DNA of 64,000 nucleotides from an uncultured bacterium (lineage in GTDB: Bacteria > Actinomycetota > Acidimicrobiia > Spongiisociales > UBA5794): contig CAWDDT010000005.1 in NCBI GenBank assembly GCA_963801165.1, forward strand, positions 576,001 through 640,000, given 5' to 3'. Under the pieces are notes generated by a model, which was given only the letters and a program-made list of their open reading frames with translations, was not told the origin of the DNA and ran no database searches. The first letter of the stretch is position 1. Every line of letters starts with the position of its first letter. Below are positions 45,756-56,945 of the stretch, one piece after another. The translations under genes and the position numbers were made by a program.

Positions 45756-46637
45756 ATGGTCTCACCCCTGATGCAGCTGCGGTCTTTCAACCGGAGCTTC
45801 ACGCGGCAGATAGGCGTGCTCGACGACAGCTTCCTCGGGCGAGGAAGGCCGCTCAGCTTGGCGCGTCTCATTTTCGAGATCGGGTTACACGGTCGGCCGG
45901 TAGCCGAGCTGCGTGACGCTCTCGAGCTGGACGCGGGATATCTGAGCCGCATGTTGCATGCTCTGGAGGAGGACGGGTTGGTCGAGCTGGTCGACGACAG
46001 CAGCGACCGGCGGCGGCGGATCGCCGTCCTGACTCGCAAGGGTGCCGCCGAATGGCGCCATCTCGACAACAGCTCGGACGCGGCCGTACAGGCGATCCTG
46101 GCACCGCTAACGGAGAGACAGCGAGAGCTTTTATCCGACGCTCTCGCCACCGCGGAGAAGCTGCTGACCGCAGCCACCGTCCACTTCGACGAGATCGAGG
46201 TAACCCACCAGACGGCGCGCTGGGCCATCGATCGATACTTCTCGGAGCTCGATACAAGGTTCCCAACCGGGTTCGACGGGAATGCTTACCGCGACGAGGA
46301 CGCCGAGAAGCTGCGGCCACCCGACGGGCATTTTGTCGTCGTGCGCAGCGACACGAGAACGCTCGGATGCGGTGGGGTGCAGACTCTCGAGCCGGGTCTG
46401 GGAGAGATCAAGAGAATGTGGATCGAGCCGTCGATGCGCGGTGCGGGGCTGGGGCGAAGGCTCCTCGAGCACCTCGAGGATCGGCTCGTAGCAATGGGCA
46501 ACAGCGTCATCCGGCTCGACACGAACAGTGTGCTGACAGAGGCGCTCGCGCTCTACCACTCGAGCGGCTACGTCGAGATAGAGCGCTACAACGACAACCC
46601 CTACGCCCGCCACTGGTTCGAGAAGCGGTTCGGCTGA
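45756..46637 (+). CDS. MarR-HTH/GNAT bifunctional protein
   Basis: LR.FNR.FT..IG.L...LD.GYLSR, then E.KRMW....RG.GLG..LL and YNDNPYA. Confidence 0.9.
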   Translation: MVSPLMQLRSFNRSFTRQIGVLDDSFLGRGRPLSLARLIFEIGLHGRPVAELRDALELDAGYLSRMLHALEEDGLVELVDDSSDRRRRIAVLTRKGAAEWRHLDNSSDAAVQAILAPLTERQRELLSDALATAEKLLTAATVHFDEIEVTHQTARWAIDRYFSELDTRFPTGFDGNAYRDEDAEKLRPPDGHFVVVRSDTRTLGCGGVQTLEPGLGEIKRMWIEPSMRGAGLGRRLLEHLEDRLVAMGNSVIRLDTNSVLTEALALYHSSGYVEIERYNDNPYARHWFEKRFG

Positions 46638-46641
46638 CGCC

Positions 46642-47949
46642 CTATGTCGCCGTGACCTCAGCCGGGAGACTCGGCTCGGCGGCCACCACCGGGGGCAGGG
46701 TGACGGTGAACACGGTCCACCCGTCCCTGCGACCGTATTTGAGGTCACCACCCATCAACCGGGTGAGGGTACGCGACACCGCCAACCCGAGACCGATGGA
46801 TCCGCGCTCTTCTTTCGGGGCGTGGGCCCGCTGGTAGGGCTCGAAAATCCGTTCGGCATCGCCGGCAACGATGCCGGACCCGTTGTCTGCGACCTCGACA
46901 TAAGGGCGTCCCGACTCCTCGCCGATGGTGACCCGGATCGTCTTCCCGCCGTAGCGCGCTGCATTGATCAGCAGGTTCCGGACGACCTGCTTGACACGTA
47001 CAGGGTCGGCCAGCGCTCTGGCGTCTCCGCTGACCAACTCGACCCGACCATGGACAGCGGTCGTGACACCGACTGTGTCGGCGGCCAGGGGGCCTAGAGC
47101 CAGGTCCTTGGGAAAGACAGCGACCTCCCCGATATCGGACCTGGCTGCGACGAGTAGGTCCTCGACTATGCGGGCGACCTCATCCGCTTCGCTGGCGATC
47201 ATGCGGTGAAACTCCTGCAGGTCCTCGGGAGAGAAGCGCGCCGTCGGCGACCCCAGTTCGTGGGCCAACCCGATTACTGCAGTCAGCGGCGTACGCAACT
47301 CATGAGAGACAGATGCGACGAAGCGGTCCTTTGACTCGATGAGCTGTTCCAGCCGGGCGTTGCTGACACGGAGCGCATGCGCCGCCTGGCTTCTCTCCTC
47401 CTCGGCTCTGCGAAGCTCGGCGATGACCTTGGCGACGACGAGCGTGATCGCACCGGCGAAGAACGTAACCGACGAGATCTCGATGATGACGCGGGCCCGC
47501 GGTTCAAATGGAGCATTGAAGCCCTCGCGCATCCACCAGAGGCTGAAACCGATCCAGGTGACCGCGAACAATCCCACCCATTTGACGTTGCGACTCGATA
47601 CGAGCACCGAGGCGACCACAGCGTAGAAACAGAAGGCGGTGGCGGTAACAACGGGGATGCTCATGGTGAGGGTGGCCAGGGCGATTCCCGCACCGTCGAT
47701 GAGCAGCGTCATTCCGCCGGGATCCTGCCGGTGTCTGCGCACATAGAAGGCGTGCAAGAACGATGCGGCAGCCGCGATCTGAACGCCCGGGCCGCGTGGA
47801 AATCCGGTAACGAAACCCACCGCCATCGAGATCACAACAGCCGCTGTCATGATGCGAAGCCGGATCTGCTCGTAGAACAGCGCGAGGTCGGACCGGGTGG
47901 CACTCTGCGTGCCTGGTCGAACCGGCCATGACTCGGTGTCGGCTTCCAT
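46642..47949 (-). CDS. Membrane sensor histidine kinase (orphan)
   Basis: Multiple TMs, SHELRTPL, NLL.NA, DNGSGI and GLGL. Confidence 0.9.
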   Translation of the reverse strand: MEADTESWPVRPGTQSATRSDLALFYEQIRLRIMTAAVVISMAVGFVTGFPRGPGVQIAAAASFLHAFYVRRHRQDPGGMTLLIDGAGIALATLTMSIPVVTATAFCFYAVVASVLVSSRNVKWVGLFAVTWIGFSLWWMREGFNAPFEPRARVIIEISSVTFFAGAITLVVAKVIAELRRAEEERSQAAHALRVSNARLEQLIESKDRFVASVSHELRTPLTAVIGLAHELGSPTARFSPEDLQEFHRMIASEADEVARIVEDLLVAARSDIGEVAVFPKDLALGPLAADTVGVTTAVHGRVELVSGDARALADPVRVKQVVRNLLINAARYGGKTIRVTIGEESGRPYVEVADNGSGIVAGDAERIFEPYQRAHAPKEERGSIGLGLAVSRTLTRLMGGDLKYGRRDGWTVFTVTLPPVVAAEPSLPAEVTAT

Positions 47950-47981
47950 GGTTTCTCAATCGGTTCGCTCCGGGCGGGGCT

Positions 47982-48626
47982 TTAGCCGCTGCCGGGATAG
48001 TCGACCACGAAGTCCGCATTGCGGCGCGAGCCGGCGATGAGCATGGCGTTCACCTGGTCCGACTCGCGGACGTGGCGCTCGGCATGTTGCCGGGTCTTGC
48101 CGAACTCGACGTGGCGTCTGATGAGCCGATCGATCCGGACCTCCTCATCGAGGTCGAGATAAATGGTCAGGCTGAGCAGGTTGCGCAGCTCGTTCCAGGG
48201 ATGGATATCGAGCAGAAGGTAGTTGCCCTCGGTCAGTACGAGCCGATCGTCCGGCGTCACCGGGATTGCCGCTGCGATCGAGTCTTCGATGGATCGGTCG
48301 AACTGGGGCGCAAAGACGACCTCGTCCGGGCTCTGTTTGAAGATCCGGCGAATCGTTGCCACGTAGCCCCAGGCGTCGAATGTGTAATGGGCGCCCTTGC
48401 GGTGCAGCAGCTCCATCGACTCGAGGTACTTGTGTGCCAGGTGGAACCCGTCCATTCCCACGATGGGTGGGGAAGGGGTGAATCGGGCCGCCAGCTCCTC
48501 GGTGAACGTCGACTTGCCCACCCCGGGAGCGCCGGTGATGCCGACGATGCATCTCTCCCCGCGGGCAAGTCGATGTTCCAGATGCCGGGTGAGCGTGTCG
48601 ATGTCGCTTTCGGCCGGTTCGGTCAC
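47982..48626 (-). CDS. Pantothenate/nucleoside kinase-like (YggC-type) P-loop protein
   Basis: GAPGVGKST, MDGFH, RKGA..TFD and EGNYLL. Confidence 0.85.
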   Translation of the reverse strand: MTEPAESDIDTLTRHLEHRLARGERCIVGITGAPGVGKSTFTEELAARFTPSPPIVGMDGFHLAHKYLESMELLHRKGAHYTFDAWGYVATIRRIFKQSPDEVVFAPQFDRSIEDSIAAAIPVTPDDRLVLTEGNYLLLDIHPWNELRNLLSLTIYLDLDEEVRIDRLIRRHVEFGKTRQHAERHVRESDQVNAMLIAGSRRNADFVVDYPGSG

Positions 48627-48654
48627 CAGGTTCCTCTTGCCGCTAGAGGCAAGA

Positions 48655-49044
48655 TTAGGACTGGTCGCGATCCAACCTCAGGGAGGCCGAATTCATGCAG
48701 AATCGCTCCCCGGTCGGGCGGGGGCCATCGGGGAAGACATGACCGAGGTGGGCACCACAGGTGGCGCACGTTGCCTCGACACGCGTCATCCCGTGGCTGC
48801 GGTCGACGACGCGGTTGACCTTCTCAGGGTCGATGGCCTCCCAGAAGCTCGGCCAACCGCTCCCCGAGTCGTACTTGGTGTCGCTCGAAAACAGCGAGGT
48901 GTCACAGACGACGCAGCGATATGTGCCCGGGTCTTTCGTGTTCCAGTACTCGCCGGTAAAGGCACGCTCGGTGCCTGCTTCCTGGGTCACGTTGTATTGA
49001 AGCGGGCTAAGCCGCTGGCGCAAATCAACTTCCTTGAATTCCAC
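48655..49044 (-). CDS. msrB: Peptide-methionine (R)-S-oxide reductase
   Basis: GTERAFTG, SG.GWPSF, HLGHVF.DGP and R.C.NS. Confidence 0.96.
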   Translation of the reverse strand: MEFKEVDLRQRLSPLQYNVTQEAGTERAFTGEYWNTKDPGTYRCVVCDTSLFSSDTKYDSGSGWPSFWEAIDPEKVNRVVDRSHGMTRVEATCATCGAHLGHVFPDGPRPTGERFCMNSASLRLDRDQS

Positions 49045-49258
49045 ATTCGCTCCTTTTCGTTCATCAAGTAAACACGGCACTCGCCGTCTTTGGTCCGGGA
49101 AATGTCCGTGTTCCCAAGCTGTTAATGATCGGCTTGCCTCTGTCCTCGCCGCATCCGTCTGTGTGCGGTTGCGCTGGCGCTCGCCCTCCTGCCGGGCGGG
49201 ATGTGCGGAGAATGCAGCTGATCGCACCATCCTGCGACCTGATAACCTCTCTCTACCC

Positions 49259-49352
<94 letters not shown>

Positions 49353-49364
49353 CTCGAACCCGAG

Positions 49365-49761
49365 GACCCCATCCGGGGGGATCGGGCGGCCCTCCCGGGC
49401 CGTCCGAGGGGGCAAGGGCGCGCGGCGGTGGCCGTTGGTTTTGTCCCCCTCCCGGTCCAGCCCCTCCCTGCGGTCGGGTCTGGCCCCGCCCTCCCGCAAG
49501 GGGAGGGCTACTGCTCGCTTGACCGCCGATCGGGTGTACCAGCGGCGATTGCGGGTGAGTAGTGATCCCCCAATTCCGGGGGGATCGGGCGGCCTCCCGG
49601 GCCGTCCGAGGGGGGAAGGATCAGCGGTGGTCGCTGTCGGTTTTTCTCTTCCGGGTCGAGGCGTCAGCTGCGCTTGGCGGTCGGGTCTGGCGTCGACAAT
49701 TAGTGATCCCCCCATTTCGGGGGGATCGGGCGGCCTCCCGGGCCGTCCGAGGGGGGAAGGA
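49365..49761 (+). repeat. Three REP-like palindromic repeats (49365, 49563, 49704)
   Basis: GATCCCCC..GGGGGATCGGGCGGCCTCCCGGGCCGTCCGAGGGGG.AAGG units. Confidence 0.8.
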
Positions 49762-49796
49762 TCGGCGGCGCTCGCACCGGATTCGTAGTCGTCCGT

Positions 49797-49837
49797 ACGA
49801 CAAGGAAACGGACCCGAAAGGCCCGTTTCCTTGTCGT
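49797..49837. terminator. Strong hairpin, probable terminator
   Basis: ACGACAAGGAAACGG...CCGTTTCCTTGTCGT inverted repeat just after the MCP stop. Confidence 0.7.
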
Positions 49838-49872
49838 CGAGAGGAGTCTCGATCTGTTGTTGCCGGTACGAA

Positions 49873-52185
49873 TCAGCCGACCTGGAAGCGGTCCAGAGTC
49901 GTGATCAACTGGGCGGAGGAGTCCGATAGCTGACCGGCCTGGCCTCCCAGCTCCACTGCTGCGGCGGTTGCCTCCTCGGACGAGGCGGCAACCTGCTCGG
50001 CCACGGCGCTGTTGGACTGAGCGAGGGCCGCCAGTTCCTTGGTGTCGTTCGCAATCTGGTGGGCGGCATCTTCGATCCGCCCGGTTGCGGACTCAACGTT
50101 GTGCGCCCGTGTGTCGATCTCATCGACCGAGGCGGCGATCGTGCGGAAGCTCTCACCGGCCGAATCGACCACGGTGGACCCGTTCTCGATCTGGACCCTG
50201 CCGTCGTTTGCTGAGCGGACGGTTGTCGCCACTCCGGTCTTCATGTCGCCGACGATCGATGCAATCCGCTCGGTCGAGGAAGCCGATTCTTCGGCGAGCG
50301 ACTTGACCTCGGAGGCGACCACGGCAAACCCGCGGCCAAGCTCACCGGCACGGGCGGCCTCGATCGCTGCGTTCAACGCCAGCAAGTTGGTCTGCTCGGC
50401 GATGGAGCGGATCAGGTCGACGATCTCCTCGACCTGGACGAACTGGCCGTCGAGAGTGGTGACCGAGTTGGATACATCACCGAATGCGTGTGTGATGGCT
50501 TCCATCGCCCTGGTTGCCTGGTCGATCAGGTCGAGACCGCTCGTGGCCTCGTTACGGGCCGTCGTCGACGCGTCGACCACGCTCCGCGATGCCTGGGCTG
50601 CGACATCTACCTCGGTGCTGATCCTGTCGACCGCCTGGAGGAGGCTGTCTGAGATGTTCGCCTGTGAGGTGGCGGCCTCGGCGACCGAGGAGATGGCGGT
50701 GGCAACTTCTTCGGCAACCTGTGCCGACTCCTTCGAACCACCGCTCACGGAATTAGACGCTAGGTCGACGTTGCCGGCGACGGAACGGGCGTCACCGACG
50801 ACCTGACGGAGCGAGGCGACCATGCGGGCTAGAGCATGTCCGAGAACGTCGCTGTCGCCGACCGGTTGGTGCTCGATACGGAGGTCACCGGACGCAACCC
50901 GCTCCGCGGACTCGGCCGCGTAGGCCATGTATTGGACGGTACCTTCGAAGGCTACGACCATGTCGCCGAGCTCGTCATTCCGGCTCACATCGAGGTCGAT
51001 GTTGGTATCGCCGGACGCCAGACGCTGCGCAGCCGCGGCGACGGTCTTGATCGGCTTGCCGAACCGTCGGGCGAACCAGATGCCTGCCCCTGCTACGAGG
51101 AGGGCAATGACGAGCGAGGTCAGGATGAGCTGCCTGGTGAGCGAGCCAACCGAAGCCAGGGCCTCGGCGGTGTCGTCTTCAACGATCAGCGCGTAGGTGT
51201 TGCCGAACACGTCAACCGGCTGGTAGGCCGACAGCGTTTGGACGCCGCGGTAGTTGGTAGAGACCTCGACGCCTGTGTCCCCGGCAAAGGCGTTGGAGAC
51301 CTCGTCGGTCTCGACCTTCGTCTCGAGGATGGTGTTGTCGGATGAGAACCGGCTCTGGGTGCGCATCAAACCGTCGCTACCAACCAGGTACGCCTCACCT
51401 GTTTCCCCCAGACCCGAGGTGCTCTGCATGATCTGTGCGATCTGGTCGAGGGGCATCTGGAAGGCGAGGACGCCGACGGGCTCGGAGCCGCCGTCGTAAA
51501 TCGGCGATGCTACGAAGGCAGCCGGATCACCGTTGGACGGTGCGTAGCGGGCGTAATCTGTCCAGTAGACCTCGCCCTCGGGAAGAGCCATGGCGCCGCG
51601 GTAGACGTCACCGAGACCGGTGTCGGCGTAGGGCCCGTTGATGAGGTTGGTGCCAAAGTCGTCTTCCTTGAAGACGGTATAGACACAGTTGCCTTCGGTG
51701 TCGAACAGGAACACGTCGTAGTAATCGAACTGGACCTGGAACTGGCGGAACCAGGGGTGGTAGGTGGCCGAGTCGGCGGACCAGGCGGTGCCGTCCCCGG
51801 CGTCTACCAGGTCTCCAACCGTACCCCGGTAGGCGGTCCGCACCGTGTCGGCACCGACCGCGGCGAAGCTGTCGGCGAACTCGATGAGAGCCCCCCGGGT
51901 CTGGTCGCTGGACGCGACGGTGATCGCCTGATTGGCGATCGTGTCCGAGTACCTCGTGATCGTTTCCGCCCTGCTCGCCGCAACGCCCATCAGCCCGTTG
52001 CCGGCCGAGTCGGTGAGGGCGCCCGAGGCGGCACGGACCGACATCGTTCCGGCTATGGCGATCGGGACAATGGCGGCCGCCACCACAGCTGCCGCGATCT
52101 TCATCGTTAGTGAAACGCGGTGGTCCCCAAACGCGCCCTTGATCCTCTGAATCACGTGTGTGCTCCTAATAGCCGATTCGGTCAA
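49873..52185 (-). CDS. Methyl-accepting chemotaxis protein (Cache sensor, HAMP)
   Basis: Two TMs around YYD.FL.D..G..VY.V.KE.DFGT, GLG.TGE.YLVG, HAMP DELG and [12 protein letters not shown]. Start uncertain. Confidence 0.93.
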   Translation of the reverse strand: MTESAIRSTHVIQRIKGAFGDHRVSLTMKIAAAVVAAAIVPIAIAGTMSVRAASGALTDSAGNGLMGVAASRAETITRYSDTIANQAITVASSDQTRGALIEFADSFAAVGADTVRTAYRGTVGDLVDAGDGTAWSADSATYHPWFRQFQVQFDYYDVFLFDTEGNCVYTVFKEDDFGTNLINGPYADTGLGDVYRGAMALPEGEVYWTDYARYAPSNGDPAAFVASPIYDGGSEPVGVLAFQMPLDQIAQIMQSTSGLGETGEAYLVGSDGLMRTQSRFSSDNTILETKVETDEVSNAFAGDTGVEVSTNYRGVQTLSAYQPVDVFGNTYALIVEDDTAEALASVGSLTRQLILTSLVIALLVAGAGIWFARRFGKPIKTVAAAAQRLASGDTNIDLDVSRNDELGDMVVAFEGTVQYMAYAAESAERVASGDLRIEHQPVGDSDVLGHALARMVASLRQVVGDARSVAGNVDLASNSVSGGSKESAQVAEEVATAISSVAEAATSQANISDSLLQAVDRISTEVDVAAQASRSVVDASTTARNEATSGLDLIDQATRAMEAITHAFGDVSNSVTTLDGQFVQVEEIVDLIRSIAEQTNLLALNAAIEAARAGELGRGFAVVASEVKSLAEESASSTERIASIVGDMKTGVATTVRSANDGRVQIENGSTVVDSAGESFRTIAASVDEIDTRAHNVESATGRIEDAAHQIANDTKELAALAQSNSAVAEQVAASSEEATAAAVELGGQAGQLSDSSAQLITTLDRFQVG

Positions 52186-52287
52186 CCCAGTCGGCCGTTG
52201 CTACGAGCTTGTTAGCCATCGGCTCGGTGATTTTTCTGCCCGGCAGTGGTCTCGGCAGGGTCGCAAAAGCGCTTACCCTGAGTCTCG

Positions 52288-53526
52288 ATGACGCGTCGTG
52301 TTGTGATCGTGGGTGGCGGTTTCGCGGGGTTGACTACGGCCCAGCGGCTCGCTCGCGCCGATGTTGTGATCACCTTGATCGATCGAACCAACTACCACCT
52401 CTTTCAGCCGCTGCTCTACCAGGTGGCGACCGGCGGCCTGTCACCGGCCGACATCGCATCTCCCATCCGCTATGTCCTGCGACGGCAAGACAACGTCAAG
52501 GTCATCCAGGACACGGTGCGCGAGATTCGCGCCGACGAGGTCGTGACTGATACTGCGACGATCGGTTTCGATGAGTTGATCGTCGCCACCGGAGCCACTC
52601 ATCACTACTTCGGCCACGACGAGTGGGAGCACGATGCACCCGGGCTGAAAACGCTGGCCGATGCCACCGGGCTGAGGGCCCAGATCCTCGGTGCGTTTGA
52701 AACGGCGGAGCGCACCGGTTGCGCCGCGCTCACGTTTCTTGTTGTGGGTGCTGGGCCGACCGGCGTCGAAATGGCCGGCGCCATTGCCGAGATGGCTCAT
52801 CACGCCCTGCGGCGCGACTTCCGTGACATCGACCCGTCCGCCGCCCGAATACTGTTGGTGGAGGCGGGGCAGAGGGTCCTGTCGGCATTCCCCGAGGACT
52901 TGTCTCGCAAGGCGGAGCAACAGCTCGTCGGCCTCGGGGTCGAGGTGATGACCGGATGGCAGGTCTCAGAAGTCGATGAGGGACGGGCGGTCCTCCGCAG
53001 TGGTGACGAGGAGCGCGTACTGAACCCCCAAGCCATCGTGTGGGCCGCCGGGGTCAAAGCCTCGAGCCTGGGTTCGGCGCTGGTGCCACTTGGCGCCACT
53101 CTCGATCGCTCGGGTCGTGTGGCGGTGAATCCCGACCTCACGATCCCCGGTCATCGCAATATCCACGTGGTCGGTGACCTGGCTGCGGTCACCTCCGGCG
53201 GAAAGCCGGTCCCGGGAGTAGCTCCCGCTGCGATGCAGATGGGCAGGTATGTCGCCGACGTCATCCGGGGTGAGAGGTCAGGACCGTTCCGCTATCGCAA
53301 CAAGGGCAACCTGGCAACGATCGGGCGCAGTGCCGGTGTTGCGGATTTCGGCAGGGTTCGCTTCTCCGGATTCCCCGCATGGGCCGCCTGGTTGGGTGTT
53401 CACATCTTCTTTCTCATAGGCTTCGAGAACCGGTTGCTCGTGATGATCCAATGGGCATGGAACTATGTGGGCAGGAGTCGTTCCGCTCGCCTGGTGATGC
53501 GCCACGAACCGGTCGAAGGAGACTGA
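52288..53526 (+). CDS. ndh: Type II NADH:quinone oxidoreductase
   Basis: VIVGGGFAG, FQPLLYQVATG, GAGPTGVEMAG, WAAGV and GD.A. Confidence 0.92.
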   Translation: MTRRVVIVGGGFAGLTTAQRLARADVVITLIDRTNYHLFQPLLYQVATGGLSPADIASPIRYVLRRQDNVKVIQDTVREIRADEVVTDTATIGFDELIVATGATHHYFGHDEWEHDAPGLKTLADATGLRAQILGAFETAERTGCAALTFLVVGAGPTGVEMAGAIAEMAHHALRRDFRDIDPSAARILLVEAGQRVLSAFPEDLSRKAEQQLVGLGVEVMTGWQVSEVDEGRAVLRSGDEERVLNPQAIVWAAGVKASSLGSALVPLGATLDRSGRVAVNPDLTIPGHRNIHVVGDLAAVTSGGKPVPGVAPAAMQMGRYVADVIRGERSGPFRYRNKGNLATIGRSAGVADFGRVRFSGFPAWAAWLGVHIFFLIGFENRLLVMIQWAWNYVGRSRSARLVMRHEPVEGD

Positions 53527-53552
53527 TCAGCCTCCCAAAATGCCCGGACGGT

Positions 53553-54152
53553 TCACACGGTGTTCGGGTCGGCGTGGTCGTCACCCTCACCGGCAAAGCG
53601 GTAGGCACCGGAGCGCAAACGTTGCGCAAAATCGATTGCCCAGTGTCGTTCGCTCTCGAGACGCGCCTCCTCGAGAAGAAAGACCTCAACGACGTGGTCC
53701 GGCCTGTCCGGGTGGGTGGTGTATTCCTGTCGGGTGAAACGCTGTGCGTTGCCGAGACCCTCGAGGGCGTTCGCCCGGTGGTCCATCGCCGCCACTACCT
53801 CCTCGCGGGGCAGGGCCCACATGAACGAAAGGCCGGCGCGCAGGCTGGTGGGATCTGAGCTGTCGATGTCCCACAGGTGATCACGAAGGAGAATCCGGAA
53901 TTCACTCTCGCCGTCAGCGGTGAGTCGATAGGTCGTCTTGGCGGGCCGATTGCCCTCGGCGTCGGTGGCTACCTCGGTCACAAACCCGGCTCGCTCTAGG
54001 GAGCGGAGAGCGTTGTAGATGGAACCGGGGTTGATCCTCGCCCATTCGTCGGCATGCCAGGACAACAGCTCGCGACGGACGAAATAGCCGTGTACGGGTT
54101 GGAATATGCGGGTGACACCGAGCACGAGAAGACGCGTCGTATTCAAAGCCAC
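53553..54152 (-). CDS. PadR family transcriptional regulator
   Basis: P.HGY...GSIY.AL..L...G...Y..T..G. Confidence 0.9.
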   Translation of the reverse strand: MALNTTRLLVLGVTRIFQPVHGYFVRRELLSWHADEWARINPGSIYNALRSLERAGFVTEVATDAEGNRPAKTTYRLTADGESEFRILLRDHLWDIDSSDPTSLRAGLSFMWALPREEVVAAMDHRANALEGLGNAQRFTRQEYTTHPDRPDHVVEVFLLEEARLESERHWAIDFAQRLRSGAYRFAGEGDDHADPNTV

Positions 54153-54233
54153 ACCGGGCCTCCGTGTCGACGATCAATGACGATCCCCTTGCCAATGCGA
54201 TAGAGCCGGGCTAGTGTCATAGTCCTTCTTGAT

Positions 54234-54249
54234 TATTCAACGTTGAATA
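54234..54249. promoter_or_regulatory. Operator palindrome TATTCAACGTTGAATA
   Basis: Perfect 16-bp palindrome between divergent padR and the ABC operon. Confidence 0.7.
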
Positions 54250-54308
54250 TATCGGGTTTGACTGTTGTTTGCAACAGTATCGCAGCCAATCTGCACCAGG
54301 AGGTTCAA

Positions 54309-55271
54309 ATGATGATCGAAGCAAGGGGTCTGTCCCGCACCTTCCGCACCAGACACGACGACGTCGAAGCAGTGCGCGGTGTTGACCTCGATGTGACCGA
54401 AGGCGAGATCGTTGGTTTCCTCGGCCCCAACGGCGCTGGAAAGACCACTACCCTGCGCATGCTGACGACTTTGCTCGAGCCGACGTCGGGGACGGCAACG
54501 GTTGCCGGCTGCGACCTTGCCAAAGATCCGGTCGGCGTCCGGCGACGTATCGGCTACGTGCCCCAGAGTGGCACCACCTACCCGGAAGCACTTGCCGGCG
54601 AGGAGTTGGTTGATCACGCCCGCATGTACGGCATCACCACCGGGGTTGCCCGTACTCGCGGTCACGAGCTGATGGATCGTTTCGAATTGGACGGCGTCTG
54701 GGATCGCAAGTGCAGGACCCTGTCGGGCGGTCAACGTCGCCGCCTCGACATCGCCATGGGGTTGATTCACCAGCCGGGTCTCATCTTCCTCGATGAGCCG
54801 ACAACGGGTCTCGACCCGCAGGCGCGGGCGAACCTGTGGGTTCACATACGCAACCTGCGTGATGCGCTCGGGGCCACGGTGTTCATTACCACGCACTATC
54901 TCGAAGAGGCGGACGCCCTGTGCGATCGCATCCTCGTAATCGACCACGGCGAGATTGTCGCCAGGGGGACTCCCGAAGAGCTCAAGCAACGGGTCTCCGG
55001 GGACACCGTGGAGTTGACTATGGCGAACACCGCCGCGGTCGCCACCGCCGTTCGCGTTGCCTCGGCCCTTCCCGGTGCCGATGAGCCCGACACGGATGGC
55101 ACCACTGTGCGGTTCCACGTGCCACACGGAGGCCAGGTGCTTCCGGCGTTGCTGCGTCAGCTCGACGGTGACGGGGCCGAGCCGCTTGCCGTCGGCGTTC
55201 GTAGGCCGACACTCGACGACGTCTTTCTCACCCTGACCGGCCGATCGCTGCGCGAAGAGCCGGCAGCCTGA
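54309..55271 (+). CDS. DrrA-like ABC ATP-binding protein
   Basis: GPNGAGKTT, LSGGQ, DEPTTGLD and PTLDDVFL.LTG. Confidence 0.93.
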   Translation: MMIEARGLSRTFRTRHDDVEAVRGVDLDVTEGEIVGFLGPNGAGKTTTLRMLTTLLEPTSGTATVAGCDLAKDPVGVRRRIGYVPQSGTTYPEALAGEELVDHARMYGITTGVARTRGHELMDRFELDGVWDRKCRTLSGGQRRRLDIAMGLIHQPGLIFLDEPTTGLDPQARANLWVHIRNLRDALGATVFITTHYLEEADALCDRILVIDHGEIVARGTPEELKQRVSGDTVELTMANTAAVATAVRVASALPGADEPDTDGTTVRFHVPHGGQVLPALLRQLDGDGAEPLAVGVRRPTLDDVFLTLTGRSLREEPAA

Positions 55272-55291
55272 TCTCGACCCTGGAGGTAATC

Positions 55292-56053
55292 ATGCGTTTT
55301 CTCACCGACACCTGGATTGTCTTCTCCCGGGCCATGAGGCTTTCGGTTCGCAACCCCATCTGGGTGATCCTCGGGTTGATCCAGCCCATCTTGTACTTGT
55401 CGCTGTTCGGTCCGCTGCTCAAGCCGGTAGCGGAGTCTCCCGGGTTCCCGCCGGGTGACCCGTGGCAAGTGTTCGTTCCCGGACTCTTGGTCCAACTCGG
55501 CATCTTCGGAGCCGCCTTCGTAGGGTTCGGTCTCGTTGCTGAGTATCGGGCCGGCGTCGTCGAGCGGATGCGGGTGACCCCGGCGTCGCGGCTATCGCTG
55601 TTGCTGGGCAGAGTGATGCGCGATGTGATCGTTCTCCTGGTGCAGGGCACCATCCTCATCGGTGCAGCCTTGATCTTCGGCTTGCGCGCTCCCCTGGCCA
55701 GCCTGATCGTGGGCCTCGCGGTGGTGGGCGCACTCGGAGCGTCCTTTTCGGCGCTGTCGTATGCCGCCGCGCTGACCCTGAAGAGCGAGGACGCCCTGGC
55801 GCCGTTGCTCAACGGGCTGGCGGTCCCGACCCTGCTGCTGTCCGGGATCCTGCTGCCGATGAGCCTGGCTCCCCGCTGGCTGGAGCTCGTGTCCGACTTC
55901 AACCCGATCAAGCACATCGTCGACGGCATCCGCCAGATCTTCCTCGGCGAGGTCTTCACCGGTGTGGTCGGCTGGGGAGTATTACTGACGGCGGCGATGA
56001 TCGCGGTCGGTCTGGCCGTGGGTGCCCGCACCTTCCAGAAGGAGACCAGCTGA
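55292..56053 (+). CDS. ABC-2 type permease
   Basis: Six TMs, G..ER..VTP and NP...VD..R. Confidence 0.9.
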   Translation: MRFLTDTWIVFSRAMRLSVRNPIWVILGLIQPILYLSLFGPLLKPVAESPGFPPGDPWQVFVPGLLVQLGIFGAAFVGFGLVAEYRAGVVERMRVTPASRLSLLLGRVMRDVIVLLVQGTILIGAALIFGLRAPLASLIVGLAVVGALGASFSALSYAAALTLKSEDALAPLLNGLAVPTLLLSGILLPMSLAPRWLELVSDFNPIKHIVDGIRQIFLGEVFTGVVGWGVLLTAAMIAVGLAVGARTFQKETS

Positions 56054-56055
56054 GC

Positions 56056-56928
56056 TCAGCCCTCGGCCCCGGCGGCTACCTCGGCTGGGTCGCCGATGAG
56101 GAGAAGGTAGCCGTCTTCGATGGTTGGGGCGATGGTGGTTGCGCCGACTGGTGGTGGGCCTATGTGGCGGTAGTGGCCTTCTCCGGTGCGCCAGGCGACG
56201 GCGACGTTAGGGTCCCGCTCGTCTGAGGTCCACACCCGGCCGGCGGCGGTGTCGGTGAGCTGGCGGGGGGTGCCCCGGAACAGGATCCGGCCGCGGTCCA
56301 TGACGAGGACCGCCTTGCACAGAGCGGCGATGTCGTCCGTTTGGTGGCTGGACAGCAGCACGGTGCGATCCTCACCGAGCCGGGAGATCATGTCGCGAAA
56401 CCGGAGCCGCTGCTCGGGGTCGAGCCCCGCCGTCGGCTCGTCGAGGATGAGCAGGTCGGGGTCACCGATGAGTGATTGGGCGAGGGCGACTCGGCGCCGC
56501 ATCCCGCCAGACAGGGTGCGGATCTTCTTGTGTGCTTTGTCGCCGAGCTCGACGAGATCGATCACACGCCGCACCTCGTCGCGGCGTGTCTTGCGGTCGG
56601 TCAGCTCCTTCAAGATGGCGACGTAGTCGACGAACTCGAACACGGTGAAGTTGCGATGGAACCCCGGTTCCTGAGGCATGTAGCCGAGACGCTGGCGAAT
56701 CTGAGTCCGCTCCCGCACCCTGGCAGGGTTCCGCCCCAGCAGCGCCACGTCTCCTGAGTCGGGGGCGAGGATGGTGGCGGCGATCCGCAGCAAGGTCGTC
56801 TTGCCGGCGCCGTTGGGACCGAGCAGCCCGGTGACCCCGTCACCGATCTCAGCATCGATGCCACCCAGCGCGATGGTGCTGCCGAAGCTCTTGGCAACGC
56901 CCGTGAACTGGCAGGTTGTATCGGACAT
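56056..56928 (-). CDS. ABC transporter ATP-binding protein
   Basis: GPNGAGKTT, LSGGM, DEPTAGLD and PT.EDGYL. Confidence 0.93.
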   Translation of the reverse strand: MSDTTCQFTGVAKSFGSTIALGGIDAEIGDGVTGLLGPNGAGKTTLLRIAATILAPDSGDVALLGRNPARVRERTQIRQRLGYMPQEPGFHRNFTVFEFVDYVAILKELTDRKTRRDEVRRVIDLVELGDKAHKKIRTLSGGMRRRVALAQSLIGDPDLLILDEPTAGLDPEQRLRFRDMISRLGEDRTVLLSSHQTDDIAALCKAVLVMDRGRILFRGTPRQLTDTAAGRVWTSDERDPNVAVAWRTGEGHYRHIGPPPVGATTIAPTIEDGYLLLIGDPAEVAAGAEG

Positions 56929-56945
56929 GGTGTTCCTCCGGGTGG

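Noticed and set aside
49365-49761. CRISPR array
   Set aside because: Repeats are ~58 bp, the gaps are long, unequal and mutually homologous, and there are no cas genes.
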